64,000 bases of DNA from Octopus vulgaris (lineage: Eukaryota). Under the pieces are notes generated by a model, which was given only the letters and a program-made list of their open reading frames with translations, searched no databases and had not been told where the DNA came from. How positions within the stretch are numbered: position 1 is the first letter of the stretch; each line of letters starts with the position of its first letter. This document shows positions 1 to 13,503 of the stretch, piece by piece. The stretch is taken from NCBI GenBank assembly GCA_951406725.2, contig OX597831.1:53134001-53198000 (forward strand), written 5' to 3'. The position numbers and the translations under genes are program-made.

Positions 1-115
1 GTTTTCATTCAAAAGAAATTAACTTAAACACTGTATGTACCACTGTGACTTATTGATGTTTTAAAAGAAAAATGTATTTAAAAAATTTATTTTTTTCTAT
101 TTCATTTCATTAAAG

Positions 116-484
116 TGATTCTGACAAACCTCCAAGCACATTTTATATACTACGTGTAACTTCAAAACCACCTTGTTTGGTGTTGCGGCTTGCATTCCTT
201 GGTGGAACAGCTGGACATGAACGGCATGCAGTTGTAGCCGAACTAAGAGAAGAAATCCTCAAGTTGAAACTACCAAGAGGACCTCATAAATCCTCTGGAT
301 TGCGGTTATCTCTTGAAAGGAGAAAACAAGTCCAAGGCATACCATTGGATTTAACCAACCAGAAAGAGGATGACCTTTCCAGTGCCAAACCATCCAAAAT
401 GAGTACTCAGCTAAACAGAAAGCAAACCACAGAAGTCAAATGTTGTGTTGTGTTGAGTAAACCAGTAGAGAAAATTTTAATCAG
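116..484 (+). CDS. SZT2: SZT2 internal coding exon A (gene begins upstream of window)
   Basis: Acceptor ...ttcattaaAG at 114-115 and donor AG|GTTAGT at 485. Translates DSDKPPSTFYILRVTSKPPCLVLRLAFLGGTAGHERHAVVAELREEILKLKLP...CCVVLSKPVEKILI(R), matching recalled vertebrate SZT2 'FYLVRIISKAPCMVLRLGF...LREEILRLRFP...CLVVLHKPLDKLLIR'. Confidence 0.92.
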
Positions 485-1287
485 GTTAGTTTTCTACATC
501 ATCATCATCATCATCATCATCGTTTAACGTCCGCTTTCCATGCTAGCATGGGTTGGACGGTTCAACTGGGGTCTGGCAAGCTTGAAGACTGCACCAGGCC
601 AGTCAGATCTGGCAGTGTTTCTACAGCTGGATGCCCTTCCTAACGCCATTCCTATTTATATTTATTTATATATTCCTTTGTTATTTTATTTGTTTTAGAC
701 ATTGGACTAATTATTTAACTAAATTCCTGTATTAATTTTGAATTAATTGAAACAAAAATTTCATGAGAAACAAGGTCCTGAAAGAGTTAAGGTAACCTGT
801 TTTCTCTTTCACTTAGTTTCATAAATGAAGGTGTGGCTATGTGGTTAAGATACTTGTTTCCTATCCATGTGATCTTTGGTTCAATCCCATTGTGTGGCAC
901 TTTGAGTAAAATGTTTTAATGTAGAGAAATCTAGTTAATTAACCGTGGAGATTAACCCTTTAGCATTTAGATTATTCTGTCAAATGTAATGCTTATTTAT
1001 TCACATTGTTTTGAATTAATCATGAATTATCTTGTGGCTTCAAGATTTTGATGATCTGATTGTATATATCTAGAAGACATTGTATGGTAGGTGTGAGAGG
1101 CTGTGTCTGGCCAGTTTGAACCTAAAACAAGTAGAATATTTGAGCCAAATATGACTGGTTTAATGAAAATACATAAATATAAAGTTTTAAAATTAATTTT
1201 CCCATCTCATTAACATTATAGTCACTGATCTTCCGACATAAAAATATGCAAAATAATAATAATTCATAAAAACTTTTTTCTTTTAAG

Positions 1288-1512
1288 ATATGAAAGAGTT
1301 CCTCATGATCTAAGTGTTGTGGACGATCCAGCTCGTGAGATTCCTCGTCATACATCAGATGCTGCTGAGAAAGCCAGCCGTTCAGTGGCTGCAATGTTCA
1401 ACACAATGTCACGGTACCTCTACCACAGGCGATGGATTTGGAGTATCCAGCATGGTCGTGTACCTTTAATGCCTACACCTATGGTGGGGCGTATGTTGTC
1501 CACTTTGGCCAA
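1288..1512 (+). CDS. SZT2: SZT2 coding exon B
   Basis: ttttctttttaAG acceptor and AA|GTTAGT donor; phase 2 is compatible with exon A. YERVPHDLSVVDDP...MSRYLYHRRWIWSIQ...MLSTLA matches recalled SZT2 'YEKLP...LSRYLYHQRWLWSV'. Confidence 0.93.
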
Positions 1513-2611
1513 GTTAGTCTTTTGTGTTTTTTTTATTTTTATCATGACTTTACTACTTTGTCTTTCATCTTTTGGGAGCCCATAAATAAATTTCTTGTCC
1601 AGAACATTAGATTAGTGGGATTTTAAAACATCATGTTTTGTGCATTCTAGATTTGCATCCCACTTCCTGTTACTGGTCAACCACAAGATTCAGATCTTGT
1701 TAAAGTGTAGTGGTTTGTGTGCCTCAATGATATTAAGAGCTATGCCATTGACATGAAAGCTCTTACCATGCTAAACATTTCAAAGGATAGAGGCTGGACT
1801 AATGTAAAAATAGGTTTCTGTCAGGCCAACACTCCTACCTAGCAAAAAAGCTAAGTTACAGAAGTAGCAGTGATATTACAAAATCAACAAGATCTGGCAA
1901 TCAGATTGATCAGCTGAGGTGCTTGGGGACTTAATGGACTTCTTAAGCTTGTCCTGGTTTTTGTTGGGTCTTGTTGGACTCATTTTTTTCTCCTTACCTC
2001 TTCCCTATGACAGAAGGTAGGATTTGGATTCAGGGCTGCACATAACCAAAACAGATGCTACAAGATATCTTGTCCAGAGCTTTGATGTTGAGGAAGTAAT
2101 TTGCATGTCATTTGAAATATGATTTGCAACTTGGGCAAATGTCTTTAACTATAGCCTTGGAGCCAACCAAAGGCTTGTGAGTGGATATGAGAGATAGAAA
2201 CTGAAAGAAGTATCGTGTGTGTGTGTCTCCTTGTCTGGACATAACCATTGTTGTAAATGAGTGTCGCTGTCAGAGTGTCATTTGTTTCCAATATTCTGTG
2301 AGAACATATCTAGCCATGGGAAAATATATTGCCTTGCTTGGAAACAGGTGAGGGTTGGTGACAGTAAGAGCATCTAGCTGTAGATCTGCCTCAATAATCT
2401 CCATCCAACCCATGCAAGCAAGGAAAAGTGGATGTTGCAATGATGATGCTGTCACCATCACCACCACCATTGGCAGTCCCAACATAGGGCTTTATTTCTA
2501 TCCGCAGTATCATAGGGCCTAAATGTTTAAGGATTAAATGTTTAGCAGAGTAGTTAGTCAAATGTATTGTTGGCTTGTTTTTAAAATATTTTTCTGTTTC
2601 CTTTATTTAAG

Positions 2612-2690
2612 GATTCGAACTCAGGAAGGTTTCCACTTTGCACTTACAACAATTGGAATCGTGAACATGGTTCTGGAAGTTGAAATGAAG
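2612..2690 (+). CDS. SZT2: SZT2 coding exon C
   Basis: ctttatttaAG acceptor and AAG|GTAGGC donor. (K)IRTQEGFHFALTTIGIVNMVLEVEMK vs recalled SZT2 '[23 protein letters not shown]'. Confidence 0.93.
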
Positions 2691-4512
2691 GTAGGCATCA
2701 TACAAATATGCATCTGCATTTTTCCTTCTTTTTCCCAACACAAGTTAGTTGTTTGTATAATATGGCATTTTTTTTTTGCATTTTGATCATGTATCATTTT
2801 ACTTGAGAAACCTCTCTATTTAAAGGCTGTGCTCTAATTACCTGATTTCAAAAATTTCTTTGGTCTTTTATGTTGTTGTCCTTTATCAGTTCCCAGCATT
2901 TCTTTGTAGAGCAGATATTGCCTACACACACACACAAACACACACACAATTACATTTGGACTAACATAGACTAAAAACTTCCTTTGATACCTTGAAATTG
3001 TAATATTTTTCACTAATTTCCTAGTCACGATTAGCAAAAGTGAAACCGGTTGACTATGTAAATATTTTATCTCTTAAACAAATATATACATTCTGCACAT
3101 TTTCTTTATTATATTTTTCACCACACACACACATATATATGCACATACTCCTACACGCATACGTCTCAGCTGCTGCAGGCACCCCCACTCTCACTCACAT
3201 ATGTACCATACTCACATCCTAACCATTCTATCATCATCACTTGCTACAGTCATGTCTTGCCAATCTCTAAACCTCTCCCTTCATACTCTTGTGGAAATCC
3301 CTCCTCTATTCCTTCTGTATTACTTATACTTCCCCATCCCACTGTTCCCTGTGGGTAGGCTCCAATACATCTCTAACACCATCTGTCACTCTTCCTATCT
3401 TGTTCTGACTGTCTCTCTATCTCTCTCTCTCTCACCTTCCTCTCCTTCCTTGTCCTACTGGGCTAACCAAGTTTCTCCTCAATAGCAAAACAACTATGGC
3501 TGTCCCTCTGTTATACTCTAACTTCTTGCCTGGCATACAGCTACTTCTCTTGGTTCCACCTCCTCTTCCAGCTGAGCAGTCTCTGTCTTACAAGGCCTTC
3601 CTTGCTGGCATGGGTTGGATGGTTTGTCAAGACTCAGTGCAACCAGTGTGCTGTGTTCAACTGCAGTGTCTACTTTGGGATGGTTTCTACAGCCAGATGC
3701 CCTTCTTAATGCCAACCACTTTACAGTTATATTGGATGTTTTTGTTTTTCATGACATTAGCACTAGTGAGATCCCCAAGTAACTTGCAAAACAAAGAAAA
3801 TGTTCCCCCGACTGAATGGGGTTATTGTAGTAATAGAGGGGGTTTTATGCCAGGTGAGGAGAGACTAAAGTATGACAGAAGAAAAGGCACAGGTATATTG
3901 CTAAATTGGAAATATATAGCTACCCTATATTGTACAGGTATGGGTGGGAGTAATTGAAAGGAAGACAAAGATGATGATGAGGTATTAATACTCTCAAGGT
4001 AGATGAAGAGAGAATAGGGACAGAATAACAGAGCATGAGAGAAGAGTGAGTGATGGTTAGATATGGGTGGTGGGTGGAGGTGAATGTAGTGAATGGTGAG
4101 CAAGGGTTAAGGTGTTGTTCATTGTACATATCAATATGGGAAGGGAAGGTGAAAGATGTAGGAATAGCTGAAGAGGGAGGCGATCAGTGCTTGGCTATTT
4201 ATGTTGCTTACATTTGGTAACTTGGTCTTCATCAACAACAATAAGAGATAGATACTACACAACTAGAAAATTGAAATGATGAGATCAGTGCATCCTCACT
4301 ATATGCTTACAAAAGAGTGAGTTTTACCAAAGGTGCCTAAAGACTTCTTTATAGTTAGCAGTCTTAGTCCAGGATCTTCATAATTTAATTGCGTTAACAA
4401 ATAAAAGGAAGAATAGTCAATTCATTGAATGTTTTCAGCATACGTATCCTCTTCCTATGTTCCATTTTTTTTTTAATACTCTATAAAATGTATTTTAATT
4501 TTTTATTAACAG

Positions 4513-4649
4513 TCTGACAATTCTTTCATTAAACGTACTCCAAGACTTGGCTATGAAGGAGAGGATGAGAATGATGAAAGCCACACTTCATCAACATGTG
4601 TTGTACAATATATCTTGTTTCCACCTAATGCTAAAAACACTCGTGGGAG
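4513..4649 (+). CDS. SZT2: SZT2 coding exon D (not in ORF track)
   Basis: ttttattaacAG acceptor and AG|GTATGT donor; phase 0 in, phase 2 out. SDNSFIKRTPRLGYEGEDENDESHTSSTCVVQYILFPPNAKNTRG contains the SZT2 motif 'TCVVQYILFPP'. Confidence 0.93.
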
Positions 4650-4903
4650 GTATGTCCTTTGATCTTCACATGTATTATTTTGTATAATATGATTCATAAA
4701 ATGAGAAAAACTGTGTGCTATGTTGATAGTTGAGTTATGACCATCAGCTATGATTTTTGCTTTTCTTTGAGGAAATGAAATGAGGTGTGTTGGAGCAGAT
4801 TGAGATGATTGGATGTGGCTGTTTGGATGCTGGTGATTTGGCACAATTGACTGAACATTGAGCCTTTTTTTGATGATGGTACTTTTTGATGTTGGAGGCC
4901 AAT

Positions 4904-4944
<41 letters not shown>

Positions 4945-6914
4945 GAAATATACACATACAGAAAGAAGGAGAGAATGAGAGAAACATTATAATGTCTTAT
5001 GTCAAATAAGTCATTATTGAATCAGTGATACCAAATAGGCAATGCCAAAACTGCTGTGCCAAATAGTCTCATATTTCATGCTGTGAGTGAAACTGAGAAT
5101 CTCTGAAGATAGTGGAAGACAAAGGAATGCTGGAAGACTGAACAATATTAAAGAATGATGTCCAAAGGCTGTGAATGAAGTTGGAGAAGGTTCAAAGATC
5201 ATAAATGAAGATTTGAATGATAAGAATGAAGCTGAAGAACACCGTGAATGAATACTTGAATGCTGTGAATGAAGTTAAGGATTGTCTACAACATCAGAAT
5301 TCACCTCTCCTAACCAAACAAAAACATTTTGTATATGACAAAAAAAAAACTTTCACATCAAACTCTTTTTTCGCAATTGGGAGGAAATACTATTTTGTAT
5401 AAATTTTATTTTTTAAATTAATTTTCATGTTTCAATTTGTCAGTATGAGGAAATTTTCATTTTGAAATACTGTCAGTTAAAAATGAATTTGGTCTCAAAC
5501 TTTCATATGGATTCTCTGATTTTTATATGTCTTAGAAATTGTACCTATCATTTCTCAGTCCTCATAAAACACCCACATAAATCTAGGTTTTATATTGGTG
5601 TATTTTTACCAATTGATGCTTCATCACTCTTGCATATTAATACTCACTGTTTAACTCAAACTTGCACACAAAATTATGAATATGTGCACAAACATATAAA
5701 TATTGGTTTCAAATTTTGGTACAAGGCCAGCAATTTTCAGGGAGTGGGTAAGTTGAATTCATCAACCCCAGTGTTTAACAGGTACTTATTTTATTGACCC
5801 TGAAAGGACTAAAGGCAAAGTTGACCTCGGCAGAATTTGAACTCAGAACATAGAGACAGATGAAATACTGCTAAGTATTTTGCCCAGAGTGCTAATGATT
5901 CTGCCAGCTTGCTGCCTTAGACAAATATATAAATATTCCCACATACACTTACATGCTTACATACACCCATCTAACTTTATACTTATATGTGCACTCACAC
6001 ATTTGCATACCATACAAACTTGAACATGCACACTCAATGAAATTTCATATATTTTATCTTTTATTTGCTTCAGTCATTGGGTTGCTGCTATTGTTGGAGA
6101 AAAACTGTGGAAGGTTAAGTTGAACAAATCACCCCCAGCACTTCCACATTTTTAAGTCTGGTACTTATTCCATCTGTCTCTTATACCAAACTGCTAAGTT
6201 ATGGGGACATAAACGAACCAATGTTCAAACCTTGGCAGGACAAACACAACCACAAAGATGCACATGCACAACCAAAAAGACATGTGCACACAATCATCTT
6301 TAGATGCACACTACCACAAAAATGCACACAACCACAAAAACTTTCCCGTACAACTACAAATGCACAATGACAAAGATGCACACACACACACACACACAAC
6401 TGATTTCCATACAGTTTCTTTCTACCAAATTAACTCACAAGGCATTGGTTGACCTGGGGTCATTGTACAAAACACTTGCCCAAAGTATCATGCAGTGGGA
6501 TCAACCCCCAAGTTATGCGGTTGCAAAGTAAGCCTTTTACCATGCAAAACACACATGAATATATGACACATGTCAATATACAATCAACAAACATATAAAC
6601 ATTCATACTAAGTTTCGAAAAAGCTGTAGTCTTGTCTTCAATCTCTTGTTCATCTGTACATAAAAGGATTTCATAACACTTATTTATTCCAAACTCTCCT
6701 ATTGTAATTCTCCAGCAGATCTAGAATAAGCATTTAAATCAAAAATAATCATTTTAAACCTTTGGCATTTAAACTGGCCATATCCAGACCTATAGTCTAC
6801 CTATTTTATGTTGAAGCTGACCAGATCTGGCCTTTCGTGCCTACCTAAAATGTCATTCTAATTATAAACAATCACGCCATTACAGTCTCAAAACTATGAG
6901 ATTAATTCAAAACA

Positions 6915-7503
6915 TCATCATCATCATCATCGAGTAATGTCCGCTTTCCATGCTAGCATGGGTTGGATGATTTGACTGAGGACTAGCAAACCAGATGGCT
7001 GCACCAGACTTCAATCTTGATCTGGCAGAGTTTCTACAGCTGGATGCCCTTCCTAATGCCAACCGCTCCGAGAGTGTAGTGGGTGCTTTTACGTGCCACC
7101 GGCATGAGGGCCAGCAGGTAGTACTGGCAACGGCCACGCTCAAATGGTGTTTTTTACGTACCACCTGCACAGGAGCCAGTTCAGTGGCACTGGCAACGAC
7201 CTCTCTCGAATGTTTTTTTCACGTTCCACTGGCACAAGTGCCAGTAAGGTGACACTGGTAACAATCATGCTCAAATGGTGCTTTTTACGTGCCACCGGCA
7301 CGGAAGCCGGTTAGCTGCTCTGGCAACGATCACGCTCAGATGGTGCTCTTAGCGCTCCACTAGCACGGATGACAATCAACGAATTTGATTTCAATTTCAC
7401 TTGCCTCAACAGGTCTTTGCAAGCAGAGTTTAGTGTTCAATGAAAGAAAGGTACGCATAAGTGGTCTGGTTACACCCCTGGCATAGGCCATGAGGTTATG
7501 GTG
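6915..7503 (-). mobile_element. RTE-related retroposon 3' end with (GAT)n tail and internal ~60-bp tandem repeats (shorter copies 497-650, 31590-31830, 33069-33262, 55735-55841, 58690-58895)
   Basis: CATCATC...GTCCGCTTTCCATGCTAGCATGGGTTGG...GGATGCCCTTCCTAA. Flanked by a CAAAACA duplication (6908-6914 / 7504-7510) inside a TTAA MITE. Confidence 0.75.
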
Positions 7504-7643
7504 CAAAACAATATGAATAAATAAGCATTACATTGACAGCAATCTGAATGCTAAAGGGTTAAACTGCCTTTCGTTATATTTCCTAACACATTTTTGCTCA
7601 AATTTAAGTTTTTACCCCAACATATATGCTGTTATTACTTTAA

Positions 7644-7863
7644 CCCTTTAGCATTCAGATTATTTTGTCAAATGTGATGCTTATTTATTCACAGTCTTTT
7701 GAATTAATCATGCATCATCTTGTAGCTTTGAGATTTCAATGATGTGAATGTTTATTTTTAGAATGATATTGTAGCATAAGAGTAAGAGGCTGGATCTGGC
7801 CAGTTTGAACATAGAACAGGTAGAGTATTTGGGCTGGATATGGCCAGTTTAAATGCTAAAGGG
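7644..7863 (+). mobile_element. piggyBac-like ~220-bp MITE, family 1 (other copies ~952-1160, 6754-7562 split, 20977-21185, 43015-43245, 44350-44510, 49193-49412, 61730-61955, 63790-64000)
   Basis: TTAA|CCCTTTAGCATT ... AATGCTAAAGGG|TTAA: TTAA target duplication and CCC/GGG termini. Confidence 0.8.
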
Positions 7864-8904
7864 TTAAGACAAAATTGACTTTGCTTTGAACCAAAGCGGG
7901 AGCCTCCTCAAGTGTACTCAGCCTGTTAGAAATAGTAGCCTGATATTCCTCAAACTTGACCTTACTATCTGTTATGACATAGGTATACATGCCTGGTGTA
8001 AAATGGTATTACATAAATAAATAGTTAGTTGTGGTTGTCTAAAATAACCTATCACAGAAATATATGTTTACACAGAACGTACTCCATATTACTTGAACGT
8101 AGGTACAATACTCAGCATTCACAGTTCAACTGCTGACTGTTAAACCAATATACATTGAATGAACATAGTAAAACACTATGGTTGAACTAACACCGTCAAC
8201 TACTCCTTGACAGTTCACTCAGTTTTTATTATAATTGATTAGTCCACCTTCAGTCATTTGTGGGTGTTCAGGATTCTCCCATAACACTATCTTAAAAAGA
8301 AAAGACTGGATGGTCATGGCTGGACTGACTTTGATCATGGGATTACTTGATCAAAGCTGAAATTGGGGTTAATAATAGCAATAGTTGACTTTCTTTGGAT
8401 GAAAAGTTGGTTAGAAATTCTGTGTTGAAAGTAAATAAAAATAATTAAAAACCATTCGGCACAGGCATGGCTGTGTGGTAAGAAGTTTGCTCCCTAACTA
8501 CATGGTTCCAGGTTCAGTCTCATTGTGTGGCACCTTGGATGAGTGTTTTCTACAGCCTAGGGTTGACCAAAGTCTTGTGAATAGATTTGGTGGATGGAAA
8601 CTGAAAGAAGCCTGTTGTATATGTATAGACAGTGTGTTTCTTCGTGTCTGTATTCCCCCTCCCCTGTCACTTGACAATTGGTGCTGGTGTGTTTATGTCC
8701 CCATAACTCGGGAGTTCATCAAAAAGAGAACAATTGAAAACAAGTGAAGGGCTTGAAGAAAAAAGCAAATAGATACTGGGGTTGATTCATTCAACTAAAA
8801 ATTCTTCACGGTGGTGCCCCAGCATAACCGCTGTCTAATTATTAAAACAAGTAAAAGATAAAAGTATTATGAAACCTTTTTTTTTTTTTTTTTTACCTCT
8901 GCAG

Positions 8905-9067
8905 CATATCTGAAGATGAAATGGAAGAATGTGAATTGGCTGAGTCAGATGGAGAGTTACAAATAGTGACAGAATGTTGGGTGGAACCTCAACATGGCCT
9001 AAGTGTGAACAACCCACTGGAGAGGAAACATTTGAATGGATTGACTTACCAAGAAATTGCATCTTCG
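8905..9067 (+). CDS. SZT2: SZT2 coding exon E
   Basis: poly-T acctctgcAG acceptor and TCG|GTATGT donor. (S)ISEDEMEECELAESDGELQIVTECWVEPQHG...HLNGLTYQEIASS vs recalled 'DSELNLVTEVWVEPQYG...HLQDLTYSEIPQA'. Confidence 0.93.
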
Positions 9068-10831
9068 GTATGTCCTAGTTCTTCTTATAATTCTCTTTTG
9101 TTCATTTGTTTGATATGAAAGGATTCTTGATAATTTGGGAGAGAAAAATTAGAAAATAATATCTAATGTTGGTTTCACAAGTGCCAAACATTCTTCTGCT
9201 TGTCATAAATTTCAGTTATTTTTCTTTTAAATTCTTTATTAATTTTTCAGAGGGACTTGGAATTTTTTTTTTTTATCTATTACAGAGAATGAGCATATTT
9301 TGTATATCTCTTTTTGTGTGTGAGTGTGTAAATATATATAGGATGACACGCAAATTCGTGAAGCATTCCATATTTTCTAATGGGGGTGCCCCAGCATGGC
9401 CACAGCTTGTGAGCTGAAACTAGATAAAAATAAAAAATAAATAAATATATATATATATGTGTGCATGAATTATTATATTGTATGTATTTATATGTGCATG
9501 TATTTATTATTTTTATACAAGAACATTGTTGACAGTGACTTTGCAGTTTTGGTCAGCTAAGTCATTGTTGGACTGTGATACATTAGAGTTATTCTTGCCT
9601 TTATGTAGTCTCTGTTGAGTTAAAATAATCTTTGGGTGTGTGGGTTTGAGTGGGGTGGTAATTAAGTTTTTATGGTCAGTTGTTATGGAAAGGTGTTTTG
9701 GGAACATTTTTTATTGATTAAATTTGGGTTTTCAGAGTTACTGTCAACAATATTCTTGTATAAAAATTATAAATTTGTACTCTATAAAAGTATGGAGTAA
9801 CCCATCAAATTAATGTAAAACTGTTTTTATTATAACTGAACATAAAAACAAACATTAATATATATGCATGTATATATGTGTATGTATTTTTTCTCCGAAT
9901 GTTCTATTCCGTTTTTAATTATTTGGAGCCTTCCTGTAAGGAAGGAGCTGGTTTCTAACAAAGATACAAAGCTTCAACATTAGAATGTAGATAACTAAAA
10001 AAAAAAAAGATTTTGAACTTGAGAAAAGCTTTGCATATTTTTACTGTTCTGCTTACAGATTGCAATTGTAATGTGCATGTGTGTTAACTGGTTGATTTCA
10101 TTTTCTGAAAACCATAACCATTTCAGATTGTCACTTAGACATTTACTCATGAAACCAAATGCATCAATTATTATTGGGAAAATATGATTTCATAATCTAG
10201 GTGTGGGAGCTACGGGTTTCAAAGTAGTTGTCCACAGTTATCCTCTTTCTCTTTAATTTTCAAAAAGATATTTACATCAATGGGACAGCTGACTTCTATG
10301 ATTACATATTTTTCCCTGTCTATCTGAAATAGTGATATCTTGGCCTCTGAGGTTTGCATTTGGTAGAAGTTTTGATAGGAATGTCCCACCAGTATTCTTT
10401 GTGTTGATATTTATGTATTCAATATTAAGGGAATTCTCTATATTTATCCCTATATTTATTTTTTTATGGCATTATATATTATTTTAGCAACAACATCATG
10501 TTGCATTGGAAAGTAATAACTTGATAACATTTTTGGGCAGCTGCTGTTCACTTGGTTGCATCTTTGACATTAAATGAGGTTCATTGTCTTTTTTGTATGG
10601 TATTTTGTAGTATATATATATCATCATCATCATATATCATCATCATCATCATATATATATATATATATATATAATCGAGTATAGTCAGCTGAAATTGCGA
10701 AGATAATCTGGTACTCGACTGAGGAAAGAAAACTTGTCCTTGTTTTCTTTGTAGCGTTTATCTGGATGTTTTGTTGTCTCATTTTTGTATCACCTAACTG
10801 TCCGGGTGTTTTGCGTTCTTGTCCCATTTTG

Positions 10832-10865
<34 letters not shown>

Positions 10866-10887
10866 CGGCGTACGTACACTTTGGTCT

Positions 10888-10931
<44 letters not shown>

Positions 10932-10934
<3 letters not shown>

Positions 10935-11751
10935 GGTGCAATGGGTAAATTGTTGCCAATTTATATGTTTAATTTCCTGCATGTGCATCGTTTGTTTCTG
11001 ATTTTGTTGACTATATAGTATAGAGAAAAACAGCTCTATGATGCAATTCACTCTGTCAGAAATTTGGAAACAACATGCGGTACTGCTTGGCATTCATGCT
11101 GGAAGCTCCAATATGAACATTTCAGAGTGTTTGGGTGACAGTCTGAGGACATGTACTGAGAGTGATAAAAATCAAACATCCACTCAACTTCATGGTGTTT
11201 GGAGTGATCACTAGTGATGGCAATGTTATGCCTCCATTCATCTTACCAGACGATCTCAGGCTCAACACAGAAGCCTACATCAAGTGCCTGGTAGAGGTGG
11301 TGCTACCTTGGGTCAAGAGGGTGGCTACTGGAAGACCCTATGTCTAGCAACAGGTCTCTGCACCATGCCACACAAGCAAGAGAACCCAGTTATGACTTTC
11401 AGACAATTTCTGCAACCACATCACCCTAACACCTAACTCTCCAGACTGCAACCCCCCTTGATTATTACCTGTGGGGTGCAGTGGAGTGAGAGACCAACAA
11501 AACTCCTTGTAACACCAAAGATTATGGCAGCATTCACCAGCTTAAACAAGGAGACCGTTCAGAAGAATTGCAGGAGATTCCAAAGCCGTCTGGAGGTCGT
11601 GGTTGAAGCTAATGGTGATTTTATTGAATAAATTTATTCTTTAGTATTTCAAGATATTTTTATATAATTTTGGTAAATATATCTGTTAAAATGAGATGTC
11701 AGTGTTATTTTCATTTTTGCATAATTTGGACAACAGTTTATTCACTGCACC

Positions 11752-11754
<3 letters not shown>
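10932..11754 (+). mobile_element. Decayed Tc1/mariner-superfamily (maT/DD37D-like) DNA transposon
   Basis: TIRs CAGGGTGCA.../...TGCACCCTG inserted in (TA)n. Interrupted transposase: KHPLNFMVFGVITSDG...VLPWVKRVATGRPYV*QQVSAPCHTS...PNSPDCNPLDYYLWG. Confidence 0.85.
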
Positions 11755-11804
<50 letters not shown>

Positions 11805-11949
11805 AACCGTGCCAAAACAAGCACAGAAGTCTGATTATTATAGTTTGGCTTATTGTGATAGAGTGTGTGAAAAGTTTTCTTGTTGAGTGTGGGTGGGACA
11901 CACAGTGCTTCTAGAACTCAGTTTTGCTGATGTGGGTGGGTCTTCTCAA

Positions 11950-12590
11950 GAACTTCATATCGCCAGACATCTCAGTCCATTGCCATTTCCTCTGTGAAGC
12001 CCAACATCCTGAGCTCGGTCCTTACCACTTCATCCCACATCTTGCTAGGTCTCCGTCCTTCGTGGGTACATCCACTTTCAGTGATCAGCACTTCTTTATG
12101 TGGCTGTCCTCATTCAAACACATCACATGTTCAAACCAATGTAGTCTTCTCTTTTGCATGCTGCATTTGATTCCTCTTATGCCCAACATTTTTCTCAATA
12201 CATTTGCACTGATGTTGCACATCCAACAGAGCATACTACCTTCATTTCTCTCCAGTCTATGCATGTCCTCTGCATTCAGATCCCATGTCTCACTACCATG
12301 AAATATAGCGGTTTGCACACAAGCATCATATAATCTACTTTCACTCTGAGAGAGAGTCCTTTTGTTGCCAACAGAGGTAATAGCTCTCTGAACTTCCTCC
12401 ACCCAATTCTTATTCTAGAATCAATACTTTCAGAGCATCCTCCACCATTACTAATTTGGTCACCTAGGTAACCGAAGCAATCTACAACCTCCAAAGAGCC
12501 TCATGGGCATTTGAGAGAATCTAAGTCCTCTGTGCTCTTAGTGCTTATTGTTCCTGCACATCTGCCACATACAAAGATGACTTTTAATTA
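11950..12590 (-). mobile_element. RTE-clade LINE ORF2 3' fragment (frameshifted)
   Basis: EVVDCFGYLGDQIS...RIRIGWRKFRELLPLL / LYDACVQTAIFHGSETW...LGIRGIKCSMQKRRLHWFEHV, typical of the RTE RT thumb/C-terminal region. Confidence 0.85.
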
Positions 12591-13289
12591 AATACTATCT
12601 CTAGTGTATATACTGGATACATACATATGTATTTATTTCAGAATATAGACAGAGCAGCATAGAGTTTGGATACAGTTTGTATTTTAATTGGTCTCAACAG
12701 CTATTACGTTAATAATAAATAACATTAAAGATATAATCACATAATTGTAATACGCAATTAATTAATTATGTATCACAGTTATGTAGTTATACATTTATTG
12801 ATGTATATCTTAATGAAACAGCTGTTGGGGATGAACTACATGTGACATATATGTTTTTCTGCTTTTAAAGATTATTTTAATTAATTATGGATATACGTGC
12901 AAGTCTGTCCTACTTGGATTTTCTGCAATGAAGTAATGTGTTGGAATTTAATGACTTGTTAATTGAGTTCTTAATTATGATTGATATTTTATACATCAGT
13001 TTTTCTATGTAGATGTGTGTGTGTGTGTGAGTTTATGTGTATAAATATATGTATACGAATGTGTATATTCTGCATTTCTGAAGCTCTATGGCATAAAACT
13101 CCTTACTTTAAAAACTGTGAATTGTTGGCAACAGAAAGAACTAGCTGGCCCTAAAATCCTGTCTCAAATTACTCCCCATCTCTTCAAGGTTTACTATTAT
13201 TATTTCTTTTTTCTTACCTGAATTCTACTGGAAAAACATATTTCTAGGTATAGATATGTATTTGATGTTAATTGATGTATAGGTATGTA

Positions 13290-13503
13290 CGAAGGGGTGC
13301 TGAAAAGTTCCTAGCTTTGGGTAAAAGAAAATACGGGAGGATCAGTTAATTATGGTTTTATCCAATATATTCCCCTCTCAGATTCACACACTTATTGCAG
13401 CAGTCCTTCAGTTTTTCTAAGTACAGTAGAACTCAGCTGGCTGGGCCTCTAACCAGGCCTTTCACAATACCCTTAAAGTCATGAACATTTCAGCACCCCC
13501 TCA
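13290..13503. mobile_element. Mariner-type MITE
   Basis: TA|CGAAGGGGTGCTGAAAAGTTC ... GAACATTTCAGCACCCCCTCA|TA. Confidence 0.75.

Noticed and set aside
485-527. C-terminal extensions of track ORFs overlapping SZT2 exons (e.g. poly-Ile tail)
   Set aside because: They are read-through past splice donors into intron sequence.
7085-7370. ~60-bp tandem repeats superficially like a CRISPR array
   Set aside because: Units are degenerate, the spacers are related to each other, the array lies inside a retroposon in a eukaryotic intron, and there are no cas genes.
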